64,000 nt of DNA, taken from the NCBI GenBank assembly GCA_964658305.1, contig OZ210884.1, positions 4,526,001 through 4,590,000 on the forward strand, read 5' to 3'. Positions 12,001 to 24,000 of the stretch are shown here, piece after piece. Positions within the stretch are counted from its first letter, which is position 1. Each line of letters opens with the position of its first letter. The DNA is from Leptogorgia sarmentosa (taxonomy: Eukaryota). Under the pieces are notes generated by a model. It searched no databases and was not told the DNA's origin. It saw only the letters and a program-made list of their open reading frames with translations. A program made the translations under genes and the position numbers.

Positions 12001-15000
12001 GCTTAGGCGAGCTGATTTCATCTCGTGTTTACATGAGACTTTCGAGGCGGGCTGGCTCGCCAAAACAAACTTTCGTAGATTCGTAGAAGTATTTATACCT
12101 CAAAAGTTCTAATTTAAATCTCTAATATATTTCAATTTTAGATACGAAGTCCTGTAGACATGGAAATGTAATTAAAAACTTTTGGTCAGGTTATGGAGCC
12201 CATTGCTGTGGAGATATTGGGATATATGACAATATCGTCGCAAAATGCTGCAAAGGAGAAAAACTCGTCCCAAAGTATTCCTTATGTGGTTCATTCGAGT
12301 ACGATCAGTGTACACAGTTGTGTTGTAATGGACATATTCACGATAGACTCGAAAGGATCACTTCATGTTGCGGTAGAACCACATACAATATGAATACGCA
12401 GATTTGTTGTAATGGAAGAGCTGAACAAAAATATAGTTGTCGCCTTGGATGGCGGGATAGATGGGGAAAATATTACGTAATATCTGAGGCGGAATGTGGT
12501 TATGACGGAGTTTTTTATAAAAGATATTACGAAAAACCATGCACAGGTAAGTTTTCGATATCACTGATAGTTTGAAACATCCAGTTTAGCAATTTAATAA
12601 TCAATTAATTAGTTAATCCTATAACATCAGTGAGGTAACATATATAAGTTAACATGCATGCGAGATACGCGAGATATAATAAGATCTGATGGCAAGCAGA
12701 GAGGGACGATTACAGTTACACCTCTGTTGTATTGATAATCGATTTGGACTAAGCAGCTATATTCGATAGAATATCCCATTTATTATACGACAATGACGAC
12801 ATTTTACCATATAAAGGCAAAACAGAGTGCAGATACCCTGCCGTATTGCACTCGCCGTATTGCACAATAATATTATTATAATACTAATTTGAAACCGGTT
12901 TGTTTGCAAATACAAAGCAATAAAAGCCAAAATGGCCGACGCGAACTGTCCGATCGACATTTGACTTTTTTGAGCAACTTTTCGACGTGACAGACGAGGA
13001 AATCTGTGAGCATATAATGGAACAGGAGAAGACAAGAACGAGTTTAACGACTACCGTCAACAATGTAAACTCCTTTCTCGCATTTTACGAAACTCGTAAA
13101 ATACCAGGCCGTATATGCATGTCAAACCATTCAATAACTTATATTTAATAACCTGGGACGATAATGAAAAAGGCACAGTATTCAAAGATTATTTTTCCGA
13201 TTTTTTTGTTGGTTCGTTGTACAGAAAGAAAATGGCTGCATTGAAAAGTTGATAAGCTTTAAATGTGCACATTTACGTATCGAAAATAATTTGACGACAA
13301 TTATTATTATACAAGAGATTTCTTTTAAAAGCATGTTGTGGTAGTTTCAACATTGTATATTTCTCCGTTCGAACTTTCAATCGATGTTAAAGAGCTTTAT
13401 CAGGCGACGTTCTGTTACGTACAGGTAAGCCTGGCTAGATTCCTTGTGTCACCCTGTATAACAAATGGTAATATAGCGCGATTTCATTAGGACGTAAAAT
13501 CTATTTGACAGCTGTCGAACATTATCCTCTGTGTTGACATAATAAAAGAATACATCGAGTGATGATATAATCTTGATATATCGAGTTAGATATCTTGTTC
13601 AATTAATGCAAGCATTGTTTCCTTAATAGCTACCACTGCTCCACCAACAGAAGAGATGACATCAACAACAATACCGCCTACACCACCTGCACCTGCAACA
13701 ACAGAAGGTACGCGTGCTCAAAACAACATGGAAGAACTGCCGATGGAGTAACAAAAAATTAAGTTTCAACGACGCAAACTTGGTCGAATAGTGACATGAT
13801 CTGCTTGTTTGCACTCATCAAATTTATTGTTGATCACGAGATGTGCGAAAAATAATTACAGTAGAACCTCGCTAACTCGAACTCGCTTAACTCGAATTCC
13901 CCGCTAACTCGAACTAAATCCAATTCCCCCTGGATTTGATAGTACATACATTTTATAGTAATTTACTCCGGTTAATTCGAACCCCCTCTAACTCGATCAT
14001 CCTTTTTTGTTACAGCGTTCAGTTCAAGTCTACATATAATTATCCGAGAACGAAAACAATTGGAGATTTATAGTACGAGTGATGCTTGGAATGTTCAGAA
14101 TTATTGTGAAAACTGCAAAAGGCATACTTATTGGGCGGAGTAGCGAATTTTTAGCGCCTTTAAAGGCGCCAAAAACGCAGGCCTGTATTCAGGCAACTGT
14201 GTGAAAGTTGATCGCGAGCCCAAAAAAAATAACCCACCTAAAATTAAGAGGTTTCTACAAATCCCTTATACACATATATTAACAACTTTTGACCTAAAAT
14301 CAGGCTTTTCATTTTCAATTTTATCCAGAGGGACTTTCAAAATTTAAAACCACAACCAATGGTACTATACAGGATCGAGTTACAGGTGTGGGAATCGTAA
14401 AAGGTAATTTCATTTTTTAGCTTACTTTATGATGAACACATGGTTAAAGGAAAAAAAACACAAAAAAAATCTAAAAAAATTAATTAAATTGTACAATTCA
14501 TTACAACAGTGTTAAAGAGCATCCTATATATGTATAGTATTAATTATAGCTAAATTACGCACGCAAAATCTAACCCATTTCATTGTTAGTTGTATATCAA
14601 TTTTCCATGCTTTATAATAAAGTATACAAAATTTGTAAACTTAGCTTCACAAGGTAATATTTTTCACATTAATTTTTACAGCCAAACGATGCAGCTATAA
14701 ACTTCGGATATAGTTGCCAACCTTATCATGACAATACCATAACTTCGTATAAATTTATTATGTATATAAATATTATAGCTACTGTTCGTTTATTCGTTTT
14801 TAATTAAGACATAATATACAAACGAATGCCAACCTCTATTGGGCTCCTATTAGCTACCTTGTATTGTTCTATGGAAAATATCATTGTAGACGTAACATCC
14901 CACAAGCGTCTTGAACTAATCGGTGATTTCTTTTTTTATGACCTAATCTATTGCAATGGATCTATTTTTCAACTGGTCCATAAATCCCAAAAGTTCATAT

Positions 15001-18000
15001 TTAATATATTATGACATTTCAGTTCCAGACTTGAAGCCCTGTAAAAATGAATGCTGCAAAGGGGAAAGAATCGTCCCAAAGTATTCCTTATGTGGGTCAT
15101 TCGAGTACGATCAGTGTACACAGTTGTGTTGTGATGGACATATTCACGATAGACTCGAAAGGATCACTTCATGTTGCGGTAGAAATACATACAATATGAA
15201 TACGCAAATTTGTTGCAATGGAAGAGCTGAACAAAGATATAGTTGCCGACGTATAAGGAGGTATTCATGGATAAAATATTACGCAATATATGAGACAAAA
15301 TGTGGTGATCGCGGAGTGTTTTATAAAAGACTTTATCACAAAAAGCAATGCTCGGGTAAGTTATTACGATATTAATTACCACAGCTAGAATATTGTACAG
15401 ATAGGACACTCGAGGGTGTTTTCCCTGCAAGTGTTCAACATTTGCCATTGCGTAATATTTTGTAATGTGTCAGTGATGGGTTTGGGCCAGACTATATCTT
15501 GGTTGGAACAAATATACAAAACGGGTTTCGTGATACAAGAAAGGGACAATGCCAGAAATCCTAATGACAATCCACTATACATAATTAGTAGAATCATACT
15601 CGTATACTATTGCAAATGCTGCAATTTGATTGGCTACTCTACTCGCTATCTATTCCTCGATAGATAGCGAGTAGCAAAACATGTGAATTTTCGTTCAAGA
15701 AAATGTCTTCTGAGACGCGGTTTTAAATTATTTTTTGCAATATTTTCATGTTTGATCTCTGATTCTACTAAAACAATTCGATTACTCGCTCTCGATTTCT
15801 ACGAGATGATAGTTGATTCGGGCTTCGCCCTCATCAACTATCACCTCATAGAAATCTCGAGCTCGTAATCTAATTGTTAAATAGACATTGGAACCACCCA
15901 CCAAGCATCACAAAGCAACTACCCATATCGATCAACAAACACATTTTGGTTATCAATTTATGTTTCGCTCACTATATAGTAATACGTCATGTAATAGAAA
16001 TATAGTATATACTATAATACACGCTATATATGCAAAACACGCTATACATGCTATACACACTATACAAGCTATACAATCAATACACACGTAATACACACTA
16101 TACACGCTATACACACTATACATGCTATACACACTATACATGCTATACATGCTATACAGGCTATACACAGGCAATACACACGCAATACACGCTATACACA
16201 CCATACACACTATACACACCATACATGCTATACAGGCTATACACATGCAGGCAATACACGTGATACACGCTATACACACCATACACGCTATACACACCAT
16301 ACATGCCATACACACCATACACACTATACACACCATACACGCTATACACACCATACATGCTATACACACCATACATGCCATACACACCATACACACTATA
16401 CACACCATACACGCTATACACACCATACATGCTATACACACCATACATGCCATACACACCATACACACTATACACACCATACACGCTATACACACCATAC
16501 ACGCTATACACACCATACATGCCATACACACCATACACACTATACACACCATACACGCTATACACACCATACATGCTATACAGGCTGTACACAGGCAATA
16601 CACACCATACACGCTATACACACCATACATGCTATACATACTATACATGCTATACAGGCTATACACAGGCAATACCCGCGATACACACCATACACGCTAT
16701 ACACACTATACATGCTATACACACCATACATGCTATACAGGCTATACAGGCTATACAGGCGATACAAGCGATACACACCATACACGCTATACACACCATA
16801 CATGCTATACAGGCTATACACAGGCAATACCCGCGATACACACCATACACGCTATACACACTATACATGCTATACACACCATACACACTATACATGCTAT
16901 ACAGGCGATACACAGGCAATACACACCATACACGCTATACACACAATACATGCTATACAGGCTATACACAGGCAATACACGCGATACACGCTATACACAC
17001 CATACATGCTATACAGGCTATACACAGGCAATACACACCATACACGCTATACACACAATACATGCTATACACACTATACATGCTATACAGGCTATACACA
17101 GGCAATACACGCGATACACGCTATACACACCATACACACCATACACACTATACACACCATACATGCTATACAGGCTATACACAGGCAATACACGCGATAC
17201 ACGCTATACACACCATACACACTATACACACCATACACACTATACATGCTATACAGGCTATACAGGCAATACACGCGATACACACCATACACACCATACA
17301 TGCTACACAGGCTATACACACGCAATACACGCGATACACACCATACATGCTATACAGGCTATACACAGGCAATACGCGCGATACACGCTATACACACTAT
17401 ACACACCATACACACCATACATGCTATACACACCATACATGCTATACAGGCTATACACAGGCAATACACACCATACACGCTATACACACCATACACACCA
17501 TACATGCAATACACACCATACACGCTATACACACCATACACGCTATACACACCATACATGCTATACAGGCTATACACAGGCAATACACGCTATACACACC
17601 ATACACACTATACACACCATACATGCTATACAGGCTATACACAGGCAATACACACCATACAGGCTATACACACCATACACACTATACACACCATACATGT
17701 TATACAGGCTATACACGGCAATACACGCGATACACGCGATACACGCTATACACACCATACATGCTATACAGGCTATACACAGGCAATACACACTGTACAC
17801 GCTATACACACCATACACACCATACACACCATACATGCTATACAGGCTATACACAGGCAATACACATCATACACGCTATACACACCATACACACTATGCA
17901 CACCATACATGCTATACAGGCTATACACAGGCAATACACGCGATACACGCTATACACACTATACACACCATACACACCATACACACTATACACACCATAC

Positions 18001-21000
18001 ATGCTATACAGGCTATACACAGGCAATAAACACCATACACGCTATACACACAATACATGTTATACAGGCTATACACAGGCAATACACACCATACACACCA
18101 TACATGCTATACAGGCTATACCCAGGCAATACACGCGATACACGCTACACACCATACACACTATACACACCATACATGCTATACAGGCTATACACAGGCA
18201 ATACACACCATACACGCTATACACACCATACACGCTATACACACCAATGCCACTATACATGCTATACAGGCTATACACAGGCAATACACACGATACACGC
18301 TGTACACACTATACAAGCTATACAGGCTATACACACTGTACACGGTATACACACTGTAAGTACTGTACACGCTATACACACTATACAAGCTACACACTAT
18401 GCATGCTATACACGCTATACAATCTATATACACGTACTGCACGCAATATACACTATACACTAATACACACTATACAAGGCTACAAGCTATACAGCTTATA
18501 TACAGCCTATATAAGTTACATACGCGCAATACAGACAGTACACATATACATTACTATATCTTGGGTAGTCATGACTATGGTCTTAAATAGTCATGATTAT
18601 GGACCTACAATCGCGTGCAAAAATTATTGAGACAAGCAGTTTAATGGTCCACTTCCTCCTATAACAAGTGGTTCTTGCCCACCCCCTCCCCCTTTTGCAA
18701 TGTTGTTAAAACAATTTTGAGACAAGGGTCATCTTATAATATGTTTTGAACATTGTTAATGGGGGGAGGGGACATACACGTGAAAAAGATCACCAAATTG
18801 CGTCTCATCATTTTTGCACGCGATTGTTGGACTATAGTCATCAGTACCTACGGCTATATAATCATGACTATCTAGGGTTATAGTCATGACTGCCTAACTG
18901 CCTAAGAATATAGTTATGACTATCTACGACCATAATCTGTATGACTACATAGGATTATTGTCATGACTATCTATGACTATATAATCATGACTGCTTAGGA
19001 CTATATAGTCATGACTTTCTACGACTATCGTCTTTGACTGGGAGGACTATAGACATGACTTAAAGACTATAGGTTATGACTAGCTAAGACTATATAGTCA
19101 TGACTTCATGACTATCTATGACTATAATCATGACTATCTAGGACTATAATCATGACAATATTTTCGGAAGACAAAACTTTATGTGAAAACTATAGACCGA
19201 TATCAGTCATTTCGAATGTCGCAAAGATATTTGAGAAATTAGTCTGTACACAACGAAATACCTTCCTGGATAACAATATAATTGTAAAAAATCAATCAGG
19301 TTTCCGTCGCAATCAGTCACTCATTTGAAATCTCGCTACTACAATCTTCTGAAATGTGGTTGAAATCAATGGACCAGTGTCAAATAAATGGGGTTATATT
19401 CTTAAACCTGAAAAGCATTAGATACAATTGATCACCAGATTCTATTGTCAAAACTACAAGCCTATGGGATATGCGAGCACACCCTCAAATGGTTCAAATC
19501 GTACTTAGATCAAAGAAAACAAATCTGCATGTTAAATAGCTAACTGTAAATCTGATATTGGATTAATCCGTTGTGGAGTGCCTCAGGGTTCAAATCTCGA
19601 CAACGATTGAAAAATTTAGATAACGTGCCAAAAATCAGTATAAACGGACATCAAATAGAACGAGTTTATAAAAAAGAAGTCTTGGGTACAGTTATAGACG
19701 ACAAACTTAGCTGGAGTATAGGCAAAATGAAGAACAATGCAACAAGATTTAAAAAAATATTAATCTTTTAAGAAAAGCCAAAGATTTTGTTGACCTAGAT
19801 ACGTTAAAAATGATGTATGACGCATTAGTCATGCCTCATTTTAACTACTGTTCAACTGTTTGGCAAAATAACAACCAAACACACTTGGACAAATTGTTTA
19901 AGCTTCAGAAACGAGCAGCAAGAATAATAGAAACTATAAGATCTATAACTATAAGATCAAATAACCATAAGATGTTCGGACATTTTTCAAAAGCTTTTAA
20001 AATTGGAAACCTCTTCACTTTATGATGAGAAAACGAGACCTCTTAGTGACATTTAAAGCAATTAAGGGCATGCTTCCAGAATACGTATAACACAACTGTT
20101 TCACACTTGTGAAAACAGTAGTTACGTACTCCGCAGTAATAATTAAAAGCTGTCCCAACCTAAACCAAAAACGATTTTTTTGTAAAAATAGCTTTTCGTA
20201 TGGAGGAGCAGCGTGTTGGAACAACATCCCGAATAACTTGTTGAAAACACTAAGGCCTAGGTCAAACGTCGAACTTTTCATGTTCCGAACCTAATGTTAA
20301 TGAGCCAAGTTCTATGTTTCAGCTAATTTGCATTACGTTCAGCGCATGAAAAGTTCGACGTTTGACCTAGGCCTAAGAGAGTCAACAAGTTTAAAATCTG
20401 TCCATCATCTACTAAATAATTACATCTTGTAAATAAGTATATTTTGTAAATAAGTTAAATTTAGTTTATTACCCCCTTCTTTTATAATGCATGTATTTTT
20501 TCCACACGGCCTTTGAAAAGCACCTATGTGGAAGGTTACCGTGTTTAAGTATCATTAATAGTAATCCACCTCGCAATTTGGTGATCTTTTTCACGTGTAT
20601 GCCCCGCTCCCCCCATTAACAATGTTCAAAACATATTATAAGATGACCCTTGTCTCAAAATTGTTTTAACAACATTGCAAAAGGGGGAGGGGGTGGGCAA
20701 GAACCACTTGTTATAGGAGGAAGTGGACCATTAAACTGCTTGTCTCAATAATTTTTGCACGCGATTGTAGGTCCATAATCATGACTATTTAAGACCATAG
20801 TCATGACTACCCAAGATATAGTAATGTATATGTGTACTGTCTGTATTGCGCGTATGTAGCTTATATAGGCTGTATATAAGCTGTATAGCTTGTATAGTGT
20901 GTATAGTGTATATTGCGTGCAGTACGTGTATATAGATTGTATAGCGTGTATAGCATGCATAGTGTGTATAGCTTGTATTATAGTGTGTATAGCGTGTACA

Positions 21001-24000
21001 GTGTGTATACCGTGTACAGTGTGTATAGCCTGTATAGCTTGTATAGTGTGTACAGCGTGTATCGCGTGTATTGCCTGTATATAGCCTGTGTATAGCGTGT
21101 ATAGCATGTATAGTGTGTATAGTGTGTATGGTGTGTATAGTGTGTATAGTGTGTATAGCATGTATAGTGTGTATAGTGTGTATGGTGTGTATAGTGTGTA
21201 TAGTGTGTATAGCATGTATAGTGTGTATAGTGTGTATCGCGTGTACTGCCTGTGTGTAGCCTGTATAGCATGTATGGTGTGTATGGTGTGTATGGTGTGT
21301 ATAGTGTGTATAGTGTGTATAGCATGTATAGTGTGTATAGTGTGTATCGCGTGTACTGCCTGTGTGTAGCCTGTATAGCATGTATGGTGTGTATGGTGTG
21401 TATGGTGTGTATGGTGTGTATGGTGTGTATAGTGTGTATGGTGTGTATAGCGTGTATCGCGTGTACTGCCTGTGTGTAGCCTGTATAGCATGTATGGTGT
21501 GTGTAGCCTGTATAGCATGTATGGTGTGTATAGCATGTATGGTGTGTATGGTGTGTATAGTGTGTATAGCGTGTATCGCGTGTATTGCCTGTGTATAGCC
21601 TGTATAGCATGTATGGTGTGTATAGCCTGTATAGCATGTGTGGTGTATATAGTGTGTATAGTGTGTATAGCGTGTATCGCATGTATTGCCTGTGTATAGC
21701 CTGTATAGCATGTATGGTGTGTATAGTGTGTATAGCATGTATGGTGTGTATGGTGTGTATAGTGTGTATAGCGTGTATCGCATGTATTGCCTGTGTATAG
21801 CCTGTATAGCATGTATGGTGTGTATGGTGTGTATAGTGTGTATAGCGTGTATCGCATGTATTGCCTGTGTGTAGCCTGTATAGCATGTATGGTGTGTATA
21901 GCGTGTATCGCATGTATTGCCTGTGTATAGCCTGTATAGCATGTATGGTGTGTATGGTGTGTATAGTGTGTATAGTGTGTATAGCGTGTATCGCATGTAT
22001 TGCCTGTGTATAGCCTGTATAGCATGTATGGTGTGTATAGTGTGTATGGTGTGTATAGCATGTATGGTGTGTATAGTGTGTATGGTGTGTATAGCGTGTA
22101 TCGCGTGTATTGCATATGTATAGCCTGTATAGCATGTATGGTGTGTATAGTGTGTATGGTGTGTATAGCATGTATGGTGTGTATAGTGTGTATGGTGTGT
22201 ATTGCCTGTGTACAGCCTGTATAGCATGTATGGTGTGTATAGCTTGTACAGTGTGTATAGCGTGTACAGTGTGTATAGCCTGTATAGCTTGTATCAGCAG
22301 TGTGTATAGCTTGCGTGTATCGCATGTATTGCCTGTGTATAGCCTGTATAGCATGTATAGTGTGTATAGTGTGTATGGTGTGTATAGCATGTATGGTGTG
22401 TATGGTGTGTATGGTGTGTATAGCGTGTATCGCGTGTATTGCGTGTATTGCGTGTGTATAGCCTGTATAGCATGTATGGTGTGTATAGTGTGTATGGTGT
22501 GTATAGCGTGTATTGCCTGTGTATAGCCTGTATAGCATGTATAGTGTGTATAGCGTGTATGGTGTGTATCGCGTGTATTGCCTGTGTATAGCCTGTGTAT
22601 AGCCTGTATAGCATGTATAGTGTGTATAGCGTGTATGGTGTGTATAGCGTGTATGGTGTGTATTGCCTGTGTACAGCCTGTATAGCATGTATGGTGTGTA
22701 TAGCGTGTATGGTGTGTATAGCGTGTATGGTGTGTATTGCCTGTGTACAGCCTGTATAGCATGTATGGTGTGTATAGCGTGTATGGTGTGTATAGCGTGT
22801 ATGGTGTGTATAGTGTGTATGGTGTGTATTGCCTGTGTATAGCCTGTATAGCATGTATAGTGTATGGTGTGTATAGTGTATATGGTGTGTATAGCGTGTA
22901 TCGCGTGTATCGCGTGTATTGCCTGTGTATAGCATGTATAGCATGTATGGTGTGTATAGCGTGTATGGTGTGTATAGCGTGTATCGCGTGTATTGCCTGT
23001 GTATAGCCTGTATAGCATGTATGGTGTGTATAGCGTGTATGGTGTGTATAGCGTGTATCGCGTGTATTGCCTGTGTATAGCCTGTATAGCATGTATGGTG
23101 TGTATAGCGTGTATGGTGTGTATAGCGTGTATCGCGTGTATTGCCTGTGTATAGCCTGTATAGCATGTATGGTGTGTATAGCGTGTATGGTGTGTATAGC
23201 GTGTATGGTGTGTATAGCGTGTATCGCGTGTATCGCGTGTATTGCCTGTGTATAGCATGTATAGCATGTATGGTGTGTATAGCGTGTATGGTGTGTATAG
23301 CGTGTATTGCGTGTATTGCCTGTGTATAGCCTGTATAGCATGTATGGTGTGTATAGCGTGTATGGTGTGTATAGTGTATATGGTGTGTATAGCGTGTATC
23401 GCGTGTATTGCCTGTGTATAGCATGTATAGCATGTATGGTGTGTATAGCGTGTATGGTGTGTATAGCGTGTATCGCGTGTATTGCCTGTGTATAGCCTGT
23501 ATAGCATGTATGGTGTGTATAGCCTGTATACTGTGTATAGTGTGTATGGTGTGTATAGCATGTATAGTGTGTATAGTGTGTATAGTGTGTATGGTGTGTA
23601 TAGCGTGTATTGCCAGTGTATAGCATGTATAGCATGTATGGTGTGTATAGCGTGTATGGTGTGTATAGCGTGTATGGTGTGTATTGCGTGTGTATAGCCT
23701 GTATAGCATGTATGGTGTGTATAGTGTGTATGGTGTGTATTGCATGTATCGCGTGTATATTGCCTGTGTATAGCCTGTATAGCTTGTATAGTGTGTATAG
23801 CATGTATAGTGTGTATTACGTGTGTATTGATTGTATAGCTTGTATAGTGTGTATAGCACGTATAGCGTGTTTTGCATATATAGCGTGTATTATAGTATAT
23901 ACTATATTTCTATTACATGACGTATTACTATATTAGTGAGCGAAACATAAATTGATAACCCACATTTTCGCCCTCTCATCAGACGAGCCAGGGGCGGATC

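Larger units (their letters stand above)
15948..23960. mobile_element. 8-kb foldback-type DNA transposon with kilobase inverted arms made of a minisatellite, 8-bp TSD
   Basis: Termini GGTTATCAATTTATGTTTCGCTCACTA...TAGTGAGCGAAACATAAATTGATAACC. TSD CACATTTT at 15940-15947 and 23961-23968. The empty site is seen in later copies (~27060). Arms are 15948-18802 and 20572-23960. Confidence 0.92.

Noticed and set aside
14739..14751. Exact loxP half-site ATAACTTCGTATA, repeated in each tandem unit
   Set aside because: The second inverted half-site is missing. Recurrence is due to the segmental duplication, so this is most likely a chance AT-rich match.
15953..23936. Very long His/Thr/Tyr- or Cys/Val/Met-rich ORFs (up to 941 aa)
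   Set aside because: They are translations of a stop-poor 9-bp minisatellite, open in several frames on both strands and lying inside a TSD-flanked transposon.
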